DNA from: Selaginella moellendorffii
Taxonomy: Eukaryota > Plantae > Lycopodiophyta
NCBI RefSeq assembly: GCF_000143415.4
Contig: NW_003314293.1
Coordinates: forward strand, 1,618,457-1,682,456
Reading direction: 5' to 3'
Length of the DNA: 64,000 nucleotides
Below, piece after piece: positions 50,951-63,374 of the stretch. A model generated the notes under the pieces. The model did not search any database, was not told the origin of the DNA, and saw nothing but the letters and a program-made list of their open reading frames with translations. Position numbers and translations under genes: made by a program. Positions within the stretch are counted from its first letter, which is position 1; each line of letters starts with the position of its first letter.

Positions 50951-52288
50951 AGTCATCCACCATTGTTTTGCTTCTGTGTCTTTCATATTTCTTCTTTGTT
51001 TGTTTGGACCTTATGGAGAAGATCCTTGATAAATAGAAAGGGTGCTATTATAATCCAAGTGTGCATATGAAGAACAATTTGATACACTTACATATGCAAA
51101 TAGTCAATGTTATGCATGTGGGGACCTTCGATCACCAGACTACAAAATTAACATTCAAGCTTATGTTACTCACGAGAGAACCAAGAAGCTAAACAATGGG
51201 GTCTACATCAATGAAAATCTAGGTATTGTCAAGTTTGCTGGAAGAAACAGTAGCATCAGTGTGTCCCAAGCCTTCGTCAATACAAGCCATCAGTAAGATC
51301 AAGAAGCAAGTTAGAGGCATCTTGAGAACTCGGGGCTACAAACTATGTGCTGCAATGATCTTGGTGTCTTTCTTTGGTTATATGCTTCTTGCGGGAGTTA
51401 TCCATCGCTATTACATCTTTCCACAAAACCACAACACTTACAAAGCTTTCTCCAAAGGGTTTCATCTCGCTCATGGAATAAGTTGCTGGTATTTTTCCAG
51501 CGTAAGTCGCACTCCATTTTACAAACCAAATATTGATCGACAATATAAAATCCTGCAAGCAAGATCACACATTACAGTTCAAAATTGAGAGGATGAAAGT
51601 ATTTGAGTTTGTGAGCTTGACAAAGTACTCCCACACTTTCCTGCATTGCAAACAAACACTCCCACATTCCTTCCTTCCTTTGGAATGCTCCGGAATAATC
51701 TCTACATAAATCACCGGTTATAGGCCTAATTTCTCTAAGACTGATCAACTCACCTTGAATCTCTGGATGCTTTCCGTACTGAATGCTGGTTGGTTTGAGG
51801 CCAAATTCAGCTGAAATGGAACCCACATATGGCGCATCTACAAGGTCTTTTCCTTTCCACCAGGTCCAAGTGAGAATCCGTGTTCCAGCAAAGAACACAA
51901 CTGAATAAAGTTACCTTTCGTGACAGGACACAAACACTGCCTTTTATAATCCTTGACTTTCTTACAACAGTTGTTTGAGGTATCCGTTTTCATGGCACCA
52001 CAATGATTAACATTTTGAGTTATTTTCAGATGAGCCAAGGCATTGTTAGTTGTACTAGTTGATCAGCAGAAGATTTACATAATGCCAGAACTGTAGTACT
52101 TCGAGTGCTAGTACTTTGAAATATGAATTTGCTAGTTCTTGATTATAACAAGGATTTTTAGATGCTGCATTGCATACTAAAGCTGCTGGACGAAGGCTTG
52201 ACTCCTCAGAGCTTTAAGGGCCGAGGAGAAAGATCGGTTGAAATAAAGCAATGTTTCTTAAGAAAGTTACATTACTTAAATTACTGAT

Positions 52289-53270
52289 TTAAATACTGCT
52301 GAATTTCGGGGGATCACGAGGGAACGATATGTCCGATAGGATATTGCATTTCCCACGCTCCAGTCTCATGTAACCTCCTTCTCCCCAGCTCCTACCCCAC
52401 CAGTTTTTGAGAATCCAATACTCGACCCCATGTTGTGTCCGTCCATAGCCGACTATGAGTACAGGAAGGCTGGCCTTCGAATCAGAGCAGGGGCCTGAAT
52501 ATATGCCCTGCACACGCGCGCAAAGAGTTTGCTATCAAATGCCCACATCCAGGAGACGTAACTTACTCCAGCATATGAATCAAATTCAGAAGCACTACCA
52601 TCAATTCGAGCAATCACCGGCTGCTTTGACACGACCTCTACCAAGAAACTATCACTCGTTCCCGGCACAGTTCCGATTTGAGACATGGAAACATCATTAG
52701 TCTGTAAGGATAAGTTCAAAACGGTCAGTGCGACTTAAAACAACATCATGACATACGAATGGCTTGCAGGAACTTTGAACGCCCGTATACGGGTACTTCG
52801 AGTCAGTAGTAATCCCCTGCAGGCGAATGTAGTTGAACGCATGGTAAGGATCTGCAGTACCCTTCTCATTGCATCCGCTGTTGTATCTGTTGCAATCGAT
52901 CAGTTGCTGTGGTGAGAGCACCACCATCCTTCCGGTTTGTATCGCTTTGAGGCTCTCCACTGCACCTGCTGCTGCAAATGCCCATGACCCACCTGCAAAA
53001 CTTGTGAGTAAGATATTTTCTTATCAAGTGAGTGACAAACAAAACCTTTGCAGCTTTTGCGAAGATCCACATCCCAGACTCTAGAAACAGCTCCAGATTC
53101 CCTCCAGTCGACTGAATTGCTGAAGCTCGCCTCTTGAGACAATGCCTGTAAATTGAACTTGGGGCCCAAGTTTGCATGTTAGCGGGTGCACTGATCAGTA
53201 CCTGGATCCAGATCAACGACATTGTGAAGAAAAGAAGAAAGGAGAGTTGCAGTGGAGAAAAATATGCCAT
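52289..53270 (-). CDS. Secreted papain-fold (C1A) protein without prodomain or catalytic dyad
   Basis: Exons 53270-53202, 53145-53046, 52992-52757, 52701-52567 and 52507-52289 all in phase, 252 aa. SVDWRESGAV, LSPQQLIDC, YPY, YWILKNWWGRSWGEGGYMR. Active site reads CKGGSWAF and ASLPVLIVG. Confidence 0.9.
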
Positions 53271-53353
53271 TTTGATTGTTGTCCGACCTACACAAAAAGT
53301 TCTTCCCATTTGTACCACCCACGTCATTTTCATGATATATGTATTTTACTGGA

Positions 53354-54778
53354 GGCATGCTTCTCTCACTCTTACCTTTTATACTTCATACTTCACGTGG
53401 TTTACAATTAGGCTGTCTTTTCGGAGGTTGACAACAGTGGAGAAAAAGACATTTGCGCGTTTCTCACAACGACTCTAGGTTAGCATATAACAAGCTATGT
53501 ATGTTAATAGACATCCACTGCGTTTCTCATACTCTTACATTTTAAACTATTAAATCCACGTGTAGATGTAGGCTGCTAATAAGTATGAATAAGAGCCCAT
53601 TTCCATATGCATTGTAATCACTTCATTTTCAAAGTCTAGATTAGAGTTAAATGTAGAAACATCAGGTGTAGAGCACGTGGTTTACAATTAGGATTCATAT
53701 ATAAAAAACAAATCCTTACAAGATTCTATCTATTCACATTTTTTTCATCTAACATTAGATGTTTTACTATTTAAATGGTTGGCATTTGAATATAAGATAA
53801 CTTTCTTTCACATTGCAATATAAATCCGGCATGCTTCTCTCACTCTTACCTTTTATACTTCATACTTCAGGTGGTTTACAATTAGGCTGTCTTTTCGGAG
53901 GTTGACAACAGTGGAGAAAAAGACATTTGCGCGTTTCTCACGACGACTCTAGGTTAGCATATAACAAGCTATGTATGTTAATAGACATCCACTGCGTTTC
54001 TCATACTCTTACATTTTAAACTATTAAATCCACGTGTAGATGTAGGCTGCTAATAAGTATGAATAAGAGCCCATTTCCATATGCATTGTAATCACTTCAT
54101 TTTCAAAGTCTAGATTAGAGTTAAATGTAGAAACATCAGGTGTAGAGCACGTGGTTTACAATTAGGATTCATATATAAAAAACAAATCCTTACAAGATTC
54201 TATCTATTCACATTTTTTTCATCTAACATTAGATGTTTTACTATTTAAATGGTTGGCATTTGAATATAAGATAACTTTCTTTCACATTGCAATATAAATC
54301 CGGCATGCTTCTCTCACTCTTACCTTTTATACTTCATACTTCAGGTGGTTTACAATTAGGCTGTCTTTTCGGAGGTTGACAACAGTGGAGAAAAAGACAT
54401 TTGCGCGTTTCTCACGACGACTCTAGGTTAGCATATAACAAGCTATGTATGTTAATAGACATCCACTGCGTTTCTCATACTCTTACATTTTAAACTATTA
54501 AATCCACGTGTAGATGTAGGCTGCTAATAAGTATGAATAAGAGCCCATTTCCATATGCATTGTAATCACTTCATTTTCAAAGTCTAGATTAGAGTTAAAT
54601 GTAGAAACATCAGGTGTAGAGCACGTGGTTTACAATTAGGATTCATATATAAAAAACAAATCCTTACAAGATTCTATCTATTCACATTTTTTTTTCATCT
54701 AACATTAGATGTTTTACTATTTAAATGGTTGGCATTTGAATATAAGATAACTTTCTTTCACATTGCAATATAAATCCG
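53354..54778 (+). repeat. 474 bp tandem repeat, 3 copies
   Basis: Units start GGCATGCTTCTCTCACTC at 53354, 53828 and 54302. Almost identical, each with CACGTG motifs. Confidence 0.97.
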
Positions 54779-54798
54779 CGTACACCAGACTGAGGAGC

Positions 54799-55939
54799 AT
54801 GGGACTTAATTTACCTCATTTAGCAATGGCTAAATGGCTACTACTTTTCTTTGTCTTGGTATTGTTCTTCCGATGCATTTTGGGCAATGATTGAATTGTT
54901 TCATTGTGATGAAGGTTTTTGGTGCAAACGGAAAAAGATCCCCATTGTATGGTGGAACCGATGGGGAAAATTTCAGTGACGGTCAGTCTCAGGGTATTGT
55001 GAGAGTCAAGATCTGGTCTGGGTATATTGTGGATGGGATACAGGTTCAATCAGATCAAGGGGGAGAACATGTTTGGTCTGATCCTCATGGCACTTCAAAG
55101 GGGGAAGCCAAAGAGGTAGCTATTTGTAATGCTCATCTTCTCCTAAGATTTCTTTCAGGTGGTTTTAGCTTATCCGGATGAATACATCTACAAGATTTCA
55201 GGGCGCACTGGACCAAATCCATGGACTTCTAATGGCTTGAGTAGGCTTTACTTGCACGTCAACAATAGAAGGACCAATGCCCAAACTACCTTTGGCCCAT
55301 TTGGTACCCACGACTACTCCAATCAGACTACATTTGATTCCCCAGAAGGGACAGTGGTTGGATTTTTTGGTTATGCCTCTTCAACAACATACTTCCGAGG
55401 AATTGGCGTCTATTTCCAAGATCCTTGTGACTGTCCAACACCATCACCACCGCCTTCTCCACCTCCACAACCGCTGCCATCACCCCGAAGACCTTGCAAA
55501 GGCTATCAATGGAGCACAACTGGAAGTAGTTGTTGTTGCGTGGAACGCGAATCTAAGAAGCACACATGCTGTCAATCATCAACTCGAGAGTGCCCGCCCT
55601 TGAGATATGGCGAAGCTCTTCCACCAGCATCCCCAGTACGATATCCGCCACCCAGATTNNNNNNNNNNNNNNNNNNNNNNNNNNNNNNNNNNNNNNNNNN
55701 NNNNNNNNNNNNNNNNNNNNNNNNNNNNNNNNNNNNNNNNNNNNNNNNNNNNNNNNNNTTCACCACGGCCACAACCGACATTGGGAAGATGTCCAAGGTT
55801 TGATAGGTATTGCCAAAGTAAGTCTGGGCGGAAGTTTTGTTGCTGCGTGCCAAATAGCACTGGAAAATGTGGATCCACCCGGACGTGCTGCTGTGATTCT
55901 TGTAGCCCACGGAAGAATTGTGCCCAGTGTTGGGCTTAG
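54799..55939 (+). CDS. Secreted jacalin-related lectin with Pro-rich linker and Cys-rich modules (gap inside)
   Basis: Exons 54799-54858, 54915-55115 and 55159-55939. Signal peptide, PLYGG.DG, SGYIVDGIQV, PDEYIYKISG, TFGPFG, VVGFFG, then PSPPPSPPP and two CCC...CC modules. The frame after the gap is inferred. Confidence 0.85.
55659..55758. other. Assembly gap (100 N)
   Basis: Run of N inside the lectin's second Pro-rich linker. Confidence 1.
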
Positions 55940-58149
55940 AGGATGTAATCAGAAAATATTATGAACTTAATATGAATTTATTATAAAATAAATATAAATA
56001 ATAATTCCAAAAATAGACTGAAAGAAGAAAAAAATATAATATTTTTTGGACAACTTTAGTAATGGCAAAAACTAGCTAAAAATAGATGATTTTGTTTGCT
56101 TAAAAAGACTAGATGTTCTAAGATATTCTACTTAATGGTTGTTATTCATTTGGATTAATTTTATTTTTTTAATTTATAAACTTTTTGGTTTGCTTAAGCA
56201 AACCTGTAAAGGGATGGTAGTGGAAGGATATTCTATCATCTAAGGGTTGTTATTCATTTAGATTAATCGCTTCCCGGCAATCCGTCCACTCCACTCTTGG
56301 ATTTCGTCTTGGCCACCACAGCACAAGGAAGAAAAGCTTCCTATATTTATAATTTATAAACATTCCTAAACACTTCCTAGTATATTCTAGTTTATTTTAC
56401 CATCTAATGGTTGGTATTCAGTAAGATTAATCTTGTGTTTATAAATTATAAACATGTATATAGCTATAAACTTCCATTTGATCAATTAGATTAATAAATA
56501 TAAATAACAGATAAATATACCATGATATATATATATTTTTGTTATCACTTCCAGGATTTTCCATTTAAAGAAGTAAGTGAAGTGGCAAAATTTGCAATAT
56601 TACCATTTCTTTTGATGCAATAAATGGTCATTAGTGCCAGTTTACTAATTTTTGTTTTGGTGGGAGGATATTCTAGGTGAATATCCTCCTCTCACTTTGC
56701 TTTGTTTGCTTCATTGAACAAAAAGGACTACCCTAGTTGTCCTTTATATATGGTTCCGTACCTCCTAGGAAAAACAAATCCCTTATGAAAAAGTTGCTGG
56801 AAAGAAGAAACTGCCAAGAAACTCTAGAAAGACATCTCAACCAAAAAATGGTTGACAAACAATGTTCTGAGACAGATTTCAAGACCAAACTCCAGGCAAA
56901 GATGAGTAGGAAACAAATTCATATTTCCATCAATCGCTTGGATCACTTGCGTCTTGGCAGATTGCCTGTCCCGGTAGTACACAACACAAGGATCTTGCTT
57001 GTGCACAACAATCCCCAAAGCAACCTTTGCCCTGCCTCACTTGCTAACCAGCACCTCCATATCATTGAAAACACAAAAAGATGGAAAAGTCTCGAAATAT
57101 CTAGACAGAAGTAATGGCCTGTCTGGACTGAATAAGGCATCCAACTGACCAACCCGTACTTTGTACCTCCCTGTGCTTTCAATGTAGTTAAAACAAGTAT
57201 CAAAGATACATAAAAGCAAGAACCATATGAGGCAGGCTGAAACAACATAATGCAATTGAAGAATGCATAGCAATTTGATCAAAGAAATTCTGTCTCATGA
57301 CACTGAATGAATAACCCTGCTTAAAGGAAAGAAACTTATCTCGTAAGAGAATCATAGTGTGGACATTCCTGTAATCCACCACATGAATAACATTTCCCAG
57401 GATAGTTGCGAAATGCTGTGCTCCCAACACAATATTGGACCTCTTCATTGCTAAACTGCAAAGTTGAAAAACACATCATGCATAAGTGTTAAAGATTGGA
57501 CAAAAAAAGAAACACCAAATACCAAATGTAGGGAAACAAGAAGGAACCAATTTAGAGAAAATACCTCTTGACATGATTACCACTGATCAGATTTGGCAGT
57601 TTTGAACCTGTAAGCTCTGCAAGCCAGTAGGAGTTTGTCCATGCACTCTTAAAGACTTGATACAGGGAGGTTGAAACTTCACTCTATGGTGCAAAGCATG
57701 AAGGCACCAAACAACACACATGGGGGGGGAGTTTTCACCTCATTGCTGTGCATGCATAAGAGCAGTGTGATATTGTTGAATCTGAATACAAACAGCTGCA
57801 ATATCTAGATCCTCATCCAACTGATCTGTGGAATTGGTGTGAAGATCCTGTGATGTCCTAATAATTGTAGTGGGATCTGCTTCCTAGAAGGAGATCTGGT
57901 AGGAGGTAAACAATGTTGTATGGGGAGAATTGCTTCCAAACTATACACCAATTGGAATGGAGGGAGCTTCCCTATTGTCTTATATATCCATATGGTAATA
58001 GGGTTGGCTAGGCATGGGAATTATCTTGAATAACCTTCTAGAAGATTGTCTTGCGTGACTTTTCGTAACCTCAACCTGGCCATTCCTTTGAGGCTAGTAA
58101 GAACTCAACTTAAGATGAGAAATCCCAAGTGTTGTTGTGAGGTTAGTAA

Positions 58150-59400
58150 CAACAATGCCTAAAAAGAAAAAACAAACTCATCAAAGTGTTGTATGCTAAA
58201 GAATCCCCCAAAATCACGATTAGAATGATAGAGAGTTCATCAGGTCTAATATCAAGTCTGAGACTGAGTCTAAAGTCCGAGATTGAGTCTGAGACCGAGT
58301 CTAAAGTCTGAGATCAAGTCTGAGATTGAGTCTAAAATCCAAGATCAGATCTAAAACTGAGTCTGAATACTAATATAGGTTATGGGGTGAAAGCCCAAAA
58401 CAATAATCTCCTAGGGGCAGGAGTTTCCAAAATATAATATAGATGGTGAGACTAAGGATTTAGTCTTGAAGAAACTCTCCTTCATCTAAACCGAGTTAGG
58501 GTTAAAATTAAGGGTTAATAGCCTTGGGTGGGAGTGAATATAGACTTGAGGAATGCCAAAAAAGCTCCTCAAAGAAATGCTCAAAAGCAACTCCCACTCC
58601 TAAAAGGGAAATTGATTGTGGTGCTTCTGGCTTATGTGGAGTGGCATTTTACTTAAGTACTATAAAATTCATTGGTCCTCTCCCATTTATAGGGGCTTGG
58701 GCCTTCCCTTTGGGATGGAGGTGGGGAGTTGAGGTACTTATACTAGGCAATTAACCACGGTGTTTCCCTATGGGGTTTTAAACTAAAAGATGCATTTAAG
58801 ACTTTAGATTTAAATGCAATAAGTATCTAAACCTAAGTAGGACTAATGTAGGATAGGCATGAACTTTGGCAAGAGAACCTAATTAAAGCCAAGGTAAAAG
58901 TGGTTAAATAGATGAGGTTAGTTGGCAAATTAGAAAAGAATTTTTTTTTTCCTTACAAATACTGTGGAAAAATGGTGGCAATACTTGCTACTTTTGCAAT
59001 TTATGCTCCAGAGATTATTATTTATTCTTATTGGAGATACTCAAGTCCAAGACTGAGTCCGAATACTAATACAGGTTATGAGGTGAAAGCCTAAAGTGAT
59101 TGCCTCCCAAAGGGGAGGGATGAATAGTGAGGTTAAGGACTCAATTTTAAAGGTAAAATAGGGAGGGGGATTGGTAAAAAGTTTGGGAATCTTGGTTAAC
59201 ATTTTATAATAATTAGTTAAACCTAAATAGGATTAAGCCAGAGTTTATATAATAAGTGTGAATCTTAGCAAAGGAACTTAATTAAAGTTGAGGCAAAAGT
59301 GGTTAGATAGACAAAGAAAAGGAAAAGTTTTGCATACTATGGAAAAATAGTGACATTATTTACTATCTTCACAATTTGTGCTCTAGAGAGATCACTACAA
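58150..59400. repeat. Retroelement LTR/UTR-like repeats
   Basis: 6-bp (GAGTCT)-type array at 58250-58365. GAATACTAATA.AGGTTATG.GGTGAAAGCC at ~58365 and ~59061. Inverted similarity to ~46050-46480. Confidence 0.55.
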
Positions 59401-60270
59401 CATCAAGTTCTTGCTAGAGCAACCACAGCTGAATAAAAGACAAAAAAGATGGATAGAGAAACTTCAAGTGCTCTAGGGAAGAAGAATACTTTGTTGGATG
59501 CATTATCTAGAATGTTTGAGAAGCCAGCATCACAAGTCTTAATAGGAGTATCCAGACGGACACCAAACTTCCTGGCTAGAGTGGCAGAGGGGTACATAAA
59601 CAATGTGGTGCTCAGGCCAATCTTCACTCCACTCTCACAATCTGCTGATCAGTCACATCCTGAATTGATATTTAAGAATGGCCTTCTCTGGAGGAAAGGG
59701 AAACTAGTGATAAGCAGAAAGGCAAATCTTAGGTAGGAGGTCTTTGCACAGTGTCACTCAGGTCTGCTAGCAGGCCATCCAGGCATGGCAGGAACTCTTA
59801 CAGCCATCAAGTCTCGCTTTTACTAGAAGGAAATGTAGTGGGAGGTCAAAAGTTGGATGAGGGAGTGTTTGGCATGCTAGCAAATCAAGACTGAGACAGT
59901 CCCTTTTCTAAGGTTGCTGAAGCCGTTGCTAGTAGCTCAAGCATTTTTTGCATCAGTATCGATGGATTTCATCTCAGGCTTGCCTAAGGTGGCTGCTTTG
60001 GATGCTGTCATGGTGGTAGTAGACTGCTTGACAAAGATTAGCCACTTTATTTCTTTGGCAACCACAGCAGATGCAAAGGTGGTTGAGCTATTCTAACTGG
60101 GAATTGTCTAGTACCATGGGATCCCCGGAGAGATTGTATCAGACAAGGACTTGAGGTTCTTGAGTCACTTCTGGAGATCCTTGTGCCAGTCTCTGCGAAT
60201 GAAACTAAGCTATAACTCCACATATCATTCCCAAACAGATGGACAGACTGAAAGGACAAACCAGACTATG
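59400..60270 (+). mobile_element. Ty3/gypsy integrase relic
   Basis: HHCC zinc finger (CH...GHPG...CLAC), SMDFISGLP, VVVDCLTKISHF, YHSQTDGQTERTNQ, with TAG stops at W/Q codons. Confidence 0.92.
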
Positions 60271-60279
60271 GCAGTGGAC

Positions 60280-62650
60280 AAAGTGTGTTTCATAATTCAC
60301 CATCATTTGATTTAATTGAATTATGAATTGGTTTGGTTGTGGCAATCATCAATGAGATCTTCAATGCTTGGGATAGGGAACTTGCTTTAACTGTGAGCTT
60401 GTTTTACTCTCTATAATCCACGTGATAATCAGGGCAGGGGCTTGAGCTTTCTTCTATCATGTCATCATCTATCAGCTCGTCAATCATTTTGTCAACCATC
60501 TCTCTTTCCTGCCTGCTGAGGCACACGAACGGACTACAAGTTGGCCAAGTTCTTTCTTGAAGGCTTATGTGGTGTTGAACGCCTGTTTGCTCGATGGCCT
60601 CCTGAGAACAAACCTACCTTTGGGAACTTTTCAGCCAGTTGACAAACTGCTTCTGGAATATCTGCTGCTTTGATGTCCCATAATGCTTCTGAAATCGGCC
60701 CAAGCTCCTCAGTTTCCTGGGATTTTTCACTGCCCCCAGCTAATATCCTCCGAAAGAGCTGCCCTGCTCTCATTGCTAATCCTGAGAAGCTCAACAACTT
60801 TGAATCCCTCAGCTCAATTCTGCTTTCCTGCAGTGAAGCTTCTTTTCCTTCATCGGGTTGAGGCTTGTGGTCACTGCTTTCTTCATGCAGGGCTCCTTTT
60901 CCCCCGCTGCCTGAGTTTCCCTTGCAAGCTGGTTGCAACCTGCTTTCTTCACACAAGACTTCTTTTCTCTCGTGTGCAACTGCCATAGTATCATCCTCTT
61001 CTAAAGACACTGAAATGCACTCTCCACTTGGTGAAAGTTGCCCATACGTATGTCATAATACTAGGATTGCGCACTGTTGGAGATAAGATGTTTATACTGG
61101 GCTAGCAAAGCGGTCAAAACTGGTCAGCAAGGTCTAGCTCCAACCCAACGATGTGTGGCCATCCTTCTCAAAGGTTAAGTGCTTTTCTTAGAAGTTGACT
61201 ATGATGTCTCCTAGCTGCTGCAGAGTCTCCACTCCCAGTATGACATCAACTGCCCCCATGTCCAGCATCCAAAAGGATCCTGTGACCACATATCCTCCTG
61301 ATGTGGATGAGCAAGTAGTCTTTTGGCTAGCCTTGATCACTCCCCCATCAGTGATCTTCACCTCCAGAGGATGAGCTACATCGACTAGCAAAAGCTTCAA
61401 ATTTCCCAAAGACTTCCTGTTGATGAATGTGTGTGATGCACCTGAATCAATCAATGCAAAAGCCACACGTTGCCCCACATTACCTTGGACACAGAAACAT
61501 TCTGGCCCAGCCTTGCCCATAAAAGCTGGTAGTGAGACTGTTCCTCAAAGAGAAGCTGAGGCAAATTGAAAGGACCTATAAGAGTGGGCTCCTTATCCAC
61601 TAGTGTGTCGCTCACTGGGGCGTGAACCTCCATGATGAACACCTCACGATCATTGTCGATTTCATCCAGTTCACATGGTAGCAGATCACCCTGCTCGTTG
61701 GCTTGAAGTTGTATGCTAGAGACCCTGGCTCTTGGGTGTGGCACCTCCTGAGCCTTGCACACTGTGACTTCGATTCCATTTCTCGCCACAGTCAAAACAC
61801 TTGCCTTTACGCAAGTCTTTGAGCCTCTTATCACGATTTACTGACGCTGGGACTCCAGTGGAGGTCGTGAAAACTGCTGTGACTGGTGTGGTGCAAAAGG
61901 TTATGGTCGATTGTTTATAGCCTCTCTATGTCCATCATATCTACTAGCCAACTTCTCTTCCAAATCCCTCAACTTCATGTCTACATGCAATGCATACGTC
62001 ATTGCTTGATGAACTGTTAGCGGGTTTTGAGCAATATCAACAGCCATGGACGTTGGGAGAGATGCTATACACCTCTGCATCAAGGCCTCCTCCAGGATAT
62101 TGTTGACAGCATAACGAGCTTGCAGCCATTGTTCGTTGAACTCTTTCAAGGTGGTAGATAAACAATCCCGCATAGCTTATTGAACGGGTAACTCCTCCAT
62201 AGCCACGTTGATGACTCCTAACGAATTAGCTTCTTGAATGTTTCCCAGTTTGGAAGAGTGTGTGCTCTTTCTAGGCTGAAGAACCACCCTGAAGCCAATC
62301 CTTTGAGGTGTAAAGTAGCAAACGGCACTTTATAATCCTCTGAATGTCCTTCGTAATTGAACCATCATTCAATGCAATGCAACCAATCCTGCAGCTTGAT
62401 GATATCATTCTCCCCCCCATACTCAAGAACGTTGAGCTTATCTTTTTCCTGCCATAAGTTGGACACTATTGGGTAACAAGCTGGAAAAGTTGGACTGACG
62501 ATGGTGGCACCATGGGCTGGAAAGGTGGCACAACAACAGGCTGCTGCCACAGAGTGCCCGTCGATGCCGATGCTGCCTCGCCACTCCCCTGTGGTGAATT
62601 TGTTGTTCTAGGGAACATCGGGTTGGCTGGAGCGAGCTCAGGAGCTCTCA
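60280..62650 (-). mobile_element. Ty3/gypsy gag, protease and start of RT relic
   Basis: gag WLHCIE...ATLHLKGLASGWF, aspartic protease ALIDSGASHTFI...DVILG, RT start IEESSSP...VDYRE.NK.T. Confidence 0.88.
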
Positions 62651-63374
62651 TACACTTAGAAGTGATTTAAAATTGGAGTGACTTCACATTGCCTTTAGAC
62701 GTGTCAAACTTATGAATCAAGCAAGTACATTGGCAAGTTTGTTCTTCAGATTCTTGCAGAAAATTTTGAATAATACTCTAGCTTCTAGTGGCTTTTTTGA
62801 ATTGTAGTCTATCCACGAGGGAGTCTCAGTTGGTATGCCTGACTTTTAATTTCATTCAAGAACTTGTGTATACTTTTGAGTATAAATCTAAGGACACTTT
62901 ATCATCCAAGGCTGTTCCATAGTGGTGGTGTCGGTGGTTCTATTGGGTAAGTGTATAATTCAGTGTGGAAGATTGCCCTATGGGTGCGATGCAAGCTGAA
63001 GCCGCAGGACAGAGAGCGCTCGGTGAGCAACCAATTTCCTGAAACTTTCCTTAATGATTTTTCTTTCTTAGTTTGCCCTGCTGTGTACCAATGCCAGCAG
63101 AGGCGCTCTGTTTAAAGATACATGCTATAACGCTTGCACTCTCCATGGGGTTGTTTATATCTGAGAATGTCCAGGTTATGGTAACTCACTATTGAAGTAC
63201 TTGAGAGTTAAGTCTTGTCGATATCATACGAATATGAAGCTTTTTCTGTATGTCTCACTTTGAAAAGGTAGCAAAAGAAAATTTCAAGTTCGATATAGTG
63301 TAGGACTTTCTTTGCATGAGTACCTTGAGATTGCGTGATTCTATGTATAGCTTTATAAGATAATCTTTGTGTAC

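Noticed and set aside
56900-57800. Possible PPR E-domain relic (SAWT/LLACR, PHMVLAFMY) on the minus strand
   Set aside because: Motifs too short and scattered to support without a search.
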